Positions 41,817 to 50,574 of a stretch of DNA of 64,000 nucleotides are shown in pieces (the stretch's first letter is position 1; each line of letters begins with the position of its first letter). The notes under the pieces were generated by a model. The model was not told the DNA's origin. It saw nothing but the letters and a program-made list of their open reading frames with translations, and did not search any database. Where the stretch lies: NCBI GenBank assembly GCA_963847185.1, contig CAWJYV010000010.1:128001-192000 (forward strand). Direction: 5' to 3'. This DNA comes from an uncultured Methanosarcinaceae archaeon. GTDB lineage: Archaea; Halobacteriota; Methanosarcinia; Methanosarcinales; Methanosarcinaceae. The position numbers and the translations under genes were made by a program.

Positions 41817-42221
41817 TTAATGGTACCTGTTATAATCGTTATTCCAATTCCGATAGTTATTCTGCCACTTATTGTGGTTGGAGGACCATTTGTTATATTT
41901 ATGGAACCATTTCATATAAAGTGAGTTCCACTTATTATAACCGCCTTGCCACCTCTTATAATCATTGCCATGTCTCTTATCTCTCCCCCACTTTTTCTTA
42001 TCGTTGTCCCATTTTCTTTTATCATTATCCCACTTTTTCTTCTCATTTCCCCATTTGTTTTGTTCATTGTCCCATTTTCTCTTATCGTTGTCCCATCTAT
42101 TTTTCTCGTTGCCCCATTGATTCTCATTCTTCTGAGGTGCTGCGCTTACTGATGCAACTGTCACTGACAGCACAAAGCAAATTGCAATCAAAATGCCTAA
42201 TGTCTTTTTTATATTCAACAT
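41817..42221 (-). CDS. Secreted Trp-heptad repeat protein
   Basis: Signal IKKTLGILIAICFVLSVTVASVSA; 13 Trp spaced at 7 residues (WDNDKRK-type). Confidence 0.82.
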   Translation of the reverse strand: MLNIKKTLGILIAICFVLSVTVASVSAAPQKNENQWGNEKNRWDNDKRKWDNEQNKWGNEKKKWDNDKRKWDNDKKKWGRDKRHGNDYKRWQGGYNKWNSLYMKWFHKYNKWSSNHNKWQNNYRNWNNDYNRYH

Positions 42222-42464
42222 ACACCCTACCCCTAATTAGTTCAATCCCATCTTTGATACCAATAAATCAATATTGTCAATAAATCCAGATTTAATGCCA
42301 ATAAGTCAATGCCAATAAATCCGGATTTGTTAACCAGATTGTTTCTAAATGCGTTTATTTTGTTTTTTAAATTGTCTCTCCAACTATCTGCCAGCTGGCA
42401 GAAATTGACTTATTCTATTTGCCTTACCGATTATTCGCGGCTTGACAATTATAAAATTGGTTAA

Positions 42465-42522
42465 ATTAAATATAAACATACTTGCAGGGAAAAGGAGATT
42501 AAAAAGGTTTAATTAATAAAAT
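42465..42522 (-). promoter_or_regulatory. Conserved bipartite promoter of secreted-peptide gene 2
   Basis: rc ATTTTATTAATTAAA-N24-AAGTATGTTTATATTTAAT. Confidence 0.7.
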
Positions 42523-43110
42523 AAGTAATAATAAGGATTATATTTTTAAAATAAAAATTTATAAGCTTTTAAATCTATTTATATCCCTATACAATGCGTT
42601 TAATACTTATAAGATACCTTAAACTTCAAGTTTCGAGGATAATTTACTTAAAATCTCATGCATAAAAATTTTCTACATTTTTTCCAGAATGTAAAGGATA
42701 TATTTGTTTTCTCAAATTTAATTAATAACTCATCCATACCCTATTTTCCAAGTATTGCTCACAGTATTTCAATAATAAAATTTCTCACCTGAAGCATAAT
42801 TTCACTGCCGAGCAAAAAGAGATTGAAAGGAGATATTTTAGCAAATAAGTTTTTCTAAACCTTTGATCGTCTTTACAGTCGAAAGTAAATTCTGAATCAG
42901 TATAAAGCTCTTCAAAATTACCTTTTTCAAATAAACATAATATATTGTTTATTCAAATTTCCAGCAGAAACACAAAAGATTGCTATTACAGTTGTTAAAG
43001 CGCTGCTGGGGGGTAAGGTTCCTGGTTCTCAGTCCTTTTACTTTTCAGCTATCAACTGGCCACAATTCTTTTCTCCACACCCTGCAGCACTATTTTTTGT
43101 TTTTCCTGGC

Positions 43111-44739
43111 TTATGCCCTGTTCAGAAGCACCTTCATGTCCTCTTCAACTGTTGTATTCGGTCTGATATTGAAATTCTCTACCAGCACTTTGAGGACGTT
43201 GGGGGAAACAAAGGCCGGAAGCGTAGGGCCGAGAGTAATATTCTTTATTCCAAGGCTCAGGAGGGCAAGCAGGACGAGAACAGCTTTTTGCTCGTACCAG
43301 GCGATGTTGTAGGAGACAGGCAGCTCATTTATATCACTGAGGCCGAAAGCCTCTGCAAGCTTCTGGGCTATTACCACAAGCGAGTAAGAGTCATTGCACT
43401 GACCTGCATCTATTACCCTCGGGATTCCCCCTATATCGCCAAGATCCAGTTTGTTGTAGCGATATTTGGCACAGCCGGCTGTCAGGATTACCGTGTCTTT
43501 TGGAAGGGCTTTAGCAAAATCGGTATAGTAAGTTCTTTCTTTGTGCCTTCCGTCACAGCCTGCCATGACAATAAACCTGCTTATTGCTCCGCTTTTTACT
43601 GCATCAATGATCTTATCAGCAACTGAAAGGGCGGCTTCATGTGCAAAGCCTCCGATTATTGTTCCGCTTTCCAGCTGTTCAGGGGGCTTGCTCGTTTTTG
43701 CCTGTTTTATGAGGGAGGCAAAGTCCTTTGTTCCGTCTTCTTTTTCGTATATATGGGTAAGTCCTTCAAAGCCCACGACACCCGTAGTGTAGAGCCTGTT
43801 CCTGTATGATTCCCTTGGAGGGATTATACAGTTTGTTGTCATAAGGATTGGACCATTGAACTTTTCGAACTCTTCGTTCTGTTTCCACCAGGAATTCCCG
43901 TAATTGCCTGCGAAATTGTTGTACTTTTTAAAGGCAGGATATGAATTTGCAGGCAGCATTTCTCCATGGGTATAGACATCAATTCCTGTGCCTTTTGCCT
44001 GCTCAAGGAGCTGTTCAAGGTCTCGAAGGTCGTGCCCACTGATAAGGATTCCAGGTCTGTCTCTAACTCCTATATTAACTGCTGTCGGTTCAGGATTTCC
44101 ATAAGTTTCCGTGTTTGCTTTGTCAAGCAGAGCAAGGGCAGCTACACCTTTTTGCCCGCACTCAAGGACAAGACCGGTTAGAGCTTCTGCGCCCAGACGG
44201 TCGTCTGTAGTTGAAACAAGTCCTTTTTCTATAAACTCAAAGATTGACTCTTCTTTATAGCCGAGAATATAGGCATGATGAGCATAAGCAGCCAGCCCTT
44301 TCATTCCATAAGTCAAAAGTTCCCTGAGAGATCTTATATCCTCATTTGCGGTAGAATGGACAGCAACATCAATCTCTTCTATATTTTCAGGAGTGATTGT
44401 AGCCACTGAAGGCAGGCTTTTTTCGGCAGCTATCATTTCCGGAGGTACTCTTGCCTTAATTGAGTCCCGGATTACAAATCCTTTCTTTAAATATGATTCA
44501 ATTGCCTGTTTGTCAAAATTGGTATTTGTAAGCGTTGCAAAGAAGCTGTCAAGCACAAACCTGTCGGTTGCTTCCTCATTAGTTCCAGCTTCTCTTGCTT
44601 TCAGGTTATAGAACGAAATGCTTTTAAGGACATAGAGCAGCCTGTCCTGAAGATCTGCAACCTCTCCCTTCTTCCCGCATACTCCATTTTTCGTACAGCC
44701 TTTTACGTTGAGTGCTTCCTGACATTGATTACAGAACAT
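43111..44739 (-). CDS. hcp: Hybrid cluster protein (hydroxylamine reductase)
   Basis: MFCNQCQE...GCT...[38 protein letters not shown]. Confidence 0.96.
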   Translation of the reverse strand: MFCNQCQEALNVKGCTKNGVCGKKGEVADLQDRLLYVLKSISFYNLKAREAGTNEEATDRFVLDSFFATLTNTNFDKQAIESYLKKGFVIRDSIKARVPPEMIAAEKSLPSVATITPENIEEIDVAVHSTANEDIRSLRELLTYGMKGLAAYAHHAYILGYKEESIFEFIEKGLVSTTDDRLGAEALTGLVLECGQKGVAALALLDKANTETYGNPEPTAVNIGVRDRPGILISGHDLRDLEQLLEQAKGTGIDVYTHGEMLPANSYPAFKKYNNFAGNYGNSWWKQNEEFEKFNGPILMTTNCIIPPRESYRNRLYTTGVVGFEGLTHIYEKEDGTKDFASLIKQAKTSKPPEQLESGTIIGGFAHEAALSVADKIIDAVKSGAISRFIVMAGCDGRHKERTYYTDFAKALPKDTVILTAGCAKYRYNKLDLGDIGGIPRVIDAGQCNDSYSLVVIAQKLAEAFGLSDINELPVSYNIAWYEQKAVLVLLALLSLGIKNITLGPTLPAFVSPNVLKVLVENFNIRPNTTVEEDMKVLLNRA

Positions 44740-45162
44740 ATTTCCACCTCAAATCTATTTACGTAATTAGTTTCCAATTCTCCCTTGGCTTTTAGTGTTT
44801 TCTGCGTTTTTATATTTCCGAAGGCTCTTAATGTCGATATCTTTTAAATACCACTATCTTTATGATACTATTTCATATGATATCAAATGATATATAATAG
44901 CCAGTTTCGAAGTAGGTATTGGTATCAACCTTGATATCAATGGGGGAAATTATTAAAGGAGAGAAATAGAAAAGCACTAACTGAAGCTAGATGAAGCAAA
45001 ACTCGAAAAGGATTCAGACATCAACCACTAATACCTTTCAACTGGAAAAGAGAGTTTGACTTATTGACTTATCTTCTTTGCATTGTATTTCAGTTTTTGA
45101 AAATTCGTCTCTCTATTTGTAGGGTCTGTTTTTGTTGTAGCTTTTTTGATATCAATATATTT

Positions 45163-45236
45163 GATACGGGTGTTTATGATACTGGTGTTTATGATACTGG
45201 TGTTTATGTACTGGTGTTTATGATACTGGTGTTTAT
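45163..45236. repeat. 15-bp tandem repeat, 5 copies
   Basis: GATACTGGTGTTTAT x5 (one substitution, one 1-bp deletion). Confidence 0.92.
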
Positions 45237-45452
45237 ACTATTTTCATTTGCTTACGAAGATAAATTGACAATTTTTAAATTCATGCCTTTTGTCAACCCA
45301 TTGTAAACGGAAACATTTATTATCAAGTAAACATTCTTTCCCGATACTACTTTGCGATTATTATCAGGTTAACAATAAAGTAATTTGCCGCCAAAATACA
45401 AAAAAATAATAATTTGAAAAGTTGTTCCGTAAATAGGTGAGGATTCAATTTC

Positions 45453-47033
45453 ATGAGCAAGAAAACCGTTTTTCCAAAAGTAATGTGCACCCAGCACCCT
45501 GACTCTGCATCAAGGTATATTTCAACCCAGGAAGAACCCGGAGAAGCCGTTGAGGCTGCAGTGGTATTCGGCTGTGATGAATACATGCCGGATTATGAGG
45601 GAAAGGCAACACCCTACCACCAGAATGTCCAGATAGTATCAAAATTCATAGAAGAAACGGACCTCATACCGGGAAAAGATGTTTTTATCACTCCGAGAGC
45701 CCCAAGTGCAGTCCAGGAAAACCGATTCAGACAACTTATGGTCATGATGTCCATTGCTGAAGCTAATCATGGAGCTCTTGAATATTCGGATGTCCAGGCA
45801 ATCAATGAATTCGTACATCCAATGACAGGTACTGTCAGAGAAATCATTGAAGCACAACAGCACATGGTAGATGTAAGCGAGCTTGCAAAAAAGGAATTCG
45901 GGTTTTCAATGGAAGTTCCGCGGATTATTCCCTTGATAGAGGACGCTCCTTCCCTGTTGTACACAAAGGAACTTGCCAAAAATACTATCCTTGCCTGGGG
46001 GGAACACTTTGGGACAACACCTGAGAAATTCAGGGTATTTCTGGGGAAATCCGATTCAGCCCTCTCTTTTGGGCATGTTGCAAGTACACTTTCATGCAAA
46101 TATGCGATAAACGGAATTACGGAATTGAACGCTGAACTTGATACAGTGACAGGTATTATCTTCGGGGCAGGAACCCTGCCTTTCAGAGGTCACCTGAATC
46201 TGAAAAATGCAGACAATTTTCTCAAGGAGTACAGGGGAATAGGAACTATCACTCTTCAATCAGCTCTAAGGTACAGCCATGAAAAAGGAGATGCTGAAGC
46301 CCTTGTAAACCTTGCAAAAGCCAGGCTTCCGGAAACTCCTGACATTTATTCAAGCGAGGAAAAAGAAGAACTAATTAACCTTATCGGAATTTTTGGAGCA
46401 AAATACAGCAGGATTCTGAGGGAGCTGGCACCCATGATAAACAGGATAGCTGAGCTTCTTCCCCAGCAGCGGGACCGCCTTATGCACAAAGGAAGCGGGG
46501 GCTATTCGAGAACTGCTCCTGATATCTCCGGACTGACAGATCTCTGTCGCAACGACATTGGAAAAGAACTTGAAAGCAGCATGCCTGTTGAAGGCCTGCA
46601 CCTGCCAAGAGCAATTAAATTTACCGGTGCTTTATACTCCATAGGCCTTCCACCGGAGTTCATAGGTACAGGCCTTGCCCTTGAAGAAGCCAGGAAAAAA
46701 CTTGGGGAGGCTGCCTGTGAAAACCTGCTTTCAAAATACTTCCCTTCCCTTGCAGATGACCTCAGTTTCGCATCAGGATATATGGACCTTAATGTCGCAT
46801 CTCGCTTCCTTCCAGGAGCCTGCTTAAAAGAAATCAATAAAGACATCAATATCCTGCATGATAATCTGAACCTTGAAACAAGGCCCGAGCCTTCATACCG
46901 CATCCTGCTGGAAATGATGCAGCCTGAACTCCTGCAGGCAGGTAAGGCAGGGAATTGCATGGATGAGGAAGTATCTCAGCTCGTTTGCTCAACCATTACC
47001 AAAATGGGGAAAATAAGAAAGGCGCTTGGTTAA
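45453..47033 (+). CDS. ppcA: Archaeal-type phosphoenolpyruvate carboxylase
   Basis: PKVMCTQHPD, DYEGK, IIPLIED, RVFLGKSD, GTLPFRGH, LPRAIKFT. Confidence 0.95.
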   Translation: MSKKTVFPKVMCTQHPDSASRYISTQEEPGEAVEAAVVFGCDEYMPDYEGKATPYHQNVQIVSKFIEETDLIPGKDVFITPRAPSAVQENRFRQLMVMMSIAEANHGALEYSDVQAINEFVHPMTGTVREIIEAQQHMVDVSELAKKEFGFSMEVPRIIPLIEDAPSLLYTKELAKNTILAWGEHFGTTPEKFRVFLGKSDSALSFGHVASTLSCKYAINGITELNAELDTVTGIIFGAGTLPFRGHLNLKNADNFLKEYRGIGTITLQSALRYSHEKGDAEALVNLAKARLPETPDIYSSEEKEELINLIGIFGAKYSRILRELAPMINRIAELLPQQRDRLMHKGSGGYSRTAPDISGLTDLCRNDIGKELESSMPVEGLHLPRAIKFTGALYSIGLPPEFIGTGLALEEARKKLGEAACENLLSKYFPSLADDLSFASGYMDLNVASRFLPGACLKEINKDINILHDNLNLETRPEPSYRILLEMMQPELLQAGKAGNCMDEEVSQLVCSTITKMGKIRKALG

Positions 47034-47290
47034 GCTTAGAAATGAGATTTCATCTTCTGGAGCTTCATTAACAAAAAGAGGATTCCTTCTGAAAAATTAC
47101 AGGACAGCAGTGTCGGTAGGGATCTGGGACAGGATGCCGAAAGACAAACAAAGGAGATCCCTGGAAATAGCTGAGAACTTCATGGAAAAAATTAGCTAAT
47201 AAGGGCTGCTGCTTCTAAGCTATTTTTTGTATTATTTTCTTCTAGCTGTGGTTTCTAGAATTTTTGTGCCGTTTATTCAGCTACAGTTTC

Positions 47291-48184
47291 TCAGAGTTTT
47301 CTCTCACTTTTGGTGATATCTTCTATGATCCCCTGAAAGTGAGTCACTTCTCCTTCCTCATTGCGCTGGATAAAGGTTTTTTCTTCAACCCAGCGGACCT
47401 CACCTGCGGGCGTTAAAATCCGGTATCTACGGTTGAACTGCTTTCCTCCTTCTTCACAGTTCTCCTCAAGTTCGAGTTCAACAAGGAGAAGATCTTCAGG
47501 ATGGATAATCTTCCCGTAAAGTACCCTTCCGGAAATGAAATCTTCAGGAGAATACCCAAGCTGCTTGACATTCTCAGAAACGTAGAGAGTAGGCCAGTAC
47601 TTTTCGGCTTTCCAGAGAAAAACTATCATCGGACTGTTGTTAATTACAGTCTCGAGAGCTTTCTGGCGCTCGAGCAGGGATTTTTGCTTTTCCATAAGGG
47701 CTTTCTGGCTTTCGAGCGCATTTCTGAGTGCATTTTCATTTTTTATTTCGGATGTGATATCTCTGACTATACCCTGAAAGTTGGTCACATTTCCCCTCTC
47801 ATCCCGCTGGATAAAGGTTTTTTCTTCAACCCAGCGAATTTCTCCTTTTCCTGTAAGGATTCTGTAACGCTGCACAAAGCTATCTTTCCCAGCCTGACAG
47901 CAGTTTGTGAGTTTTTTTCTTACTCTATCTATGTCTTCCGAATGGACAATGTTTGCGTACATTATTCTGCCTGTAAGAAAATCTTCTGCGCTGTATTCAA
48001 GCTGGGTAACATTCTCGGAAACATATCTGGCAGGCCAGTTATCTTCAGGAGTCCAGAGGAAAACCATAACAGGGCTGTTGTTAATTATGGTCTCCAGAAT
48101 ACGCTGTCTTTCTAGCGCCTCACCGAGAATAAATTCGTCACTTCCAGCTAATTGATTGAATCCCATATCTCTGCACCTCTCCAC
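47291..48184 (-). CDS. Tandem PAS-domain protein without an output domain
   Basis: Two near-duplicate PAS/PAC modules (YVSENV...YRILT..GE.RWVEEKTFIQR..FQGI). Confidence 0.88.
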   Translation of the reverse strand: MERCRDMGFNQLAGSDEFILGEALERQRILETIINNSPVMVFLWTPEDNWPARYVSENVTQLEYSAEDFLTGRIMYANIVHSEDIDRVRKKLTNCCQAGKDSFVQRYRILTGKGEIRWVEEKTFIQRDERGNVTNFQGIVRDITSEIKNENALRNALESQKALMEKQKSLLERQKALETVINNSPMIVFLWKAEKYWPTLYVSENVKQLGYSPEDFISGRVLYGKIIHPEDLLLVELELEENCEEGGKQFNRRYRILTPAGEVRWVEEKTFIQRNEEGEVTHFQGIIEDITKSERKL

Positions 48185-48380
48185 AAACCCTTATTGGTCC
48201 TAAGATTCTTTAATGCGTCAGGTGAAAAACACTTTAAAACCCTTAAGCAATATATAATATATTTCGACATCTTATAAATCATGCCTTTTTGTAAATAGGG
48301 GGAATCTTCTGGACTCTGAAATCGTACTCAAAAATAAGAATATTGTCGAAAAGGGAGATGCAGGTAAGTTCAGCGAAAAG

Positions 48381-48749
48381 ATGCCCGATCTCATAATAAA
48401 AACCCGAAAAGAATATGGGCGGTATTTTGGGATCTGTGGATCGTACCATCATCTTAAAGCCTGTGTTTGCAGAAATTGCCCTTCTTATTCCGGAGGCACG
48501 GGGATGTTCTGTTCCAGGAATGACGCCCGAGAGCAGGGAAAAAAGGAAGATTGTCTCTGTGAATTTTGTGAAATTTTCAAAAAATTCCAGTTAGAAGGAG
48601 ATTATTTCTGTCGGAAAGATGAAAAGGAGGAACTCTCAGAAAAGCCCGGTATTTCTTTGAACAACTACAAAGATAATTCTTTAAGTAATGGAGAAACCAG
48701 ATTTTGTGTACTGGAAAACTGGAATAGAAGGATAAATGAAGAGGAATAA
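48381..48749 (+). CDS. DUF2769-like Cys-rich protein
   Basis: CVCRNCPSY, MFCSR, CLCEFC, DYFC. Confidence 0.75.
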   Translation: MPDLIIKTRKEYGRYFGICGSYHHLKACVCRNCPSYSGGTGMFCSRNDAREQGKKEDCLCEFCEIFKKFQLEGDYFCRKDEKEELSEKPGISLNNYKDNSLSNGETRFCVLENWNRRINEEE

Positions 48750-48990
48750 ATGAAGAAGGATTGCAGCAGGTATGTTCGCGCCAGCGAAACTTCGATTAAG
48801 GAGGCCTGGAAAACCAATCATTCAGGCATATCGTAAAACCGTTTTATGAGGGAGATCTTCAAAAAAGTATTGTGTAGCCCTTGCGTGTGTAGGGTGAAAA
48901 ATGGGGGCCGAAGAATATTCTGAAAAAATTCGGAACCTTCCAGCTACCGCATTTATCCAAATGTCTTAGTGGGCCTTTAAGCTTTTTAAG

Positions 48991-50574
48991 TCAGCTTTTC
49001 AGTTTCTTTTCCAGATTTTCCGAAATCACTTTAAGGACTTTTGTTCTGGAAAAAAGTTTGTCATTTGATTCCACGATAATCCAGGGGGCAGTTATGGTAC
49101 TTGTTTTCTGGAACATTTCATCTGCTGCAGTTTTGTACAGATCCCATTTGCCTCGGTTCCGCCAGTCTTCATCTGTTATTTTCCAGCTTTTCTGAGGGTC
49201 ATTTTGTCGACTTTCGAAACGCTCAAGCTGCGTATCTTTATCGATATGAAGCCAAAATTTGAGAATGATTGCTCCGGTCCCTGCAAGAATATTTTCAAAT
49301 TCGTTTATTTCTCTGTAAGCGCGTTCCCATACTTCCTCGTTGGTGAGTTTCTCCACCCTTTCAACCAGAACTCGACCGTACCAGCTTCTGTCAAAAATAG
49401 TTATATGCCCCGTGCCAGGGAGATCTTCACAGAAGCGCCACAGGTAATGATGAGCTTTTTCAATATCATTTGGAGGGCCCACTGGCACTACTCTATATAT
49501 CCTGGGGTTCAGTTCTTCAACAAGGCGGTGGATAGCACCTCCTTTGCCAGCGGCATCCCATCCTTCAAAGACTATGATTAGAGAGCGTTTTTTTCTGAAT
49601 AGTTCGTACTGGAGGGTCTCGAGTTTTTCCTGGTAAAATTTTTTTGCTTCTCCATAATCTTCAGAGGACATTTTCTTAGACATGTCAATCGTTTCCAGGA
49701 TAGAATTGTTAACCTGAGGAAGCTTTGATGTTTCAAGGTCCAGATATTTAATAGTCTGACGTCCTAGAATCACGGTCATCTGTTCAATATGGTTTTCCAT
49801 GATCCGAATTGCTGTCCTGATAATTTTGAGGGTTGCAAAATTTCTATCATTTGCTCCAACTATGATCCAGGGAGCATAAGGAGTATCCGTTTCTTCAAGT
49901 ATTTTTTCTACGGTTGGCAGATATTCATCATATTCATGAACAAAATCAAGATCTTTTCCATTCTCTTTCCAGCCATTCTTTTTCTTTTCATTCTCCTTTC
50001 CGTTTTTCTTTTCTTTTCCATTCTCTTTATCGCTTCTTCTTTCGTATTCACTAAGGACAAGAGGGATATTCTTCTTTTTGATTTCCTTGAAACGATTCTC
50101 CTGCTCTTTCTGGCTTAAATGGAGGAAGAATTTGAGTATCAGGTATCCGTCATCTGAAAGCTGGCGTTCAAAGCAGTTTATTTCTTCCAGACATTTTTCA
50201 AGCTTTTCTTCAGATTTTTCCTGCCCGAAATGCTTTAAAAGTGCTCTGCTGTACCAGCTTCGGTCAAAAATTGCAATTTTTCCTTTTGGCGGGGTATTGG
50301 TCCAGAAGTGTAGGAGAAAAGGTTTGAGAAAATCTTCATAACAAGACACGGTCATAGTGTGGAAATCGTACCCTCTGGGATCCAGAGGAAGAATAAATCG
50401 ATTAATATCTTCCCCCATTCCTGAAGCATGCCAGCCTTCAAAGACAAAAATTACCGGGATTTTGAGTTCCCACATTTTTCGTTGAAGCTCTCCGAGCTTG
50501 GATTCAAGTAATTTCATACTTTCTTTATATTCATCGTTTTTTACTGTCATTGACAGATTAATATTCTCAAGCAT
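48991..50574 (-). CDS. Polyphosphate:AMP phosphotransferase (two-domain PPK2)
   Basis: Two PPK2 domains: FEGWHASG / FEGWDAAGKGG, each with FDRSWY. Confidence 0.92.
   Translation of the reverse strand: MLENINLSMTVKNDEYKESMKLLESKLGELQRKMWELKIPVIFVFEGWHASGMGEDINRFILPLDPRGYDFHTMTVSCYEDFLKPFLLHFWTNTPPKGKIAIFDRSWYSRALLKHFGQEKSEEKLEKCLEEINCFERQLSDDGYLILKFFLHLSQKEQENRFKEIKKKNIPLVLSEYERRSDKENGKEKKNGKENEKKKNGWKENGKDLDFVHEYDEYLPTVEKILEETDTPYAPWIIVGANDRNFATLKIIRTAIRIMENHIEQMTVILGRQTIKYLDLETSKLPQVNNSILETIDMSKKMSSEDYGEAKKFYQEKLETLQYELFRKKRSLIIVFEGWDAAGKGGAIHRLVEELNPRIYRVVPVGPPNDIEKAHHYLWRFCEDLPGTGHITIFDRSWYGRVLVERVEKLTNEEVWERAYREINEFENILAGTGAIILKFWLHIDKDTQLERFESRQNDPQKSWKITDEDWRNRGKWDLYKTAADEMFQKTSTITAPWIIVESNDKLFSRTKVLKVISENLEKKLKS

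Noticed and set aside
41817-42221. RiPP precursor (WDN motifs recall triceptide substrates)
   Set aside because: It has a Sec-type signal and no adjacent maturase; the only SPASM enzyme is 26 kb away and explained by the sulfatase.
41789-42283. 164-aa Cys/Pro-rich ORF on the + strand
   Set aside because: Antisense shadow of the Trp-heptad gene.
45163-45236. Possible CRISPR array
   Set aside because: Contiguous 15-bp units with no spacers and no cas genes; a simple VNTR.
45064-45306. 80-aa ORF with DTGVY repeats
   Set aside because: A by-product of the 15-bp VNTR; the frame shifts at the deleted unit and there is no RBS.
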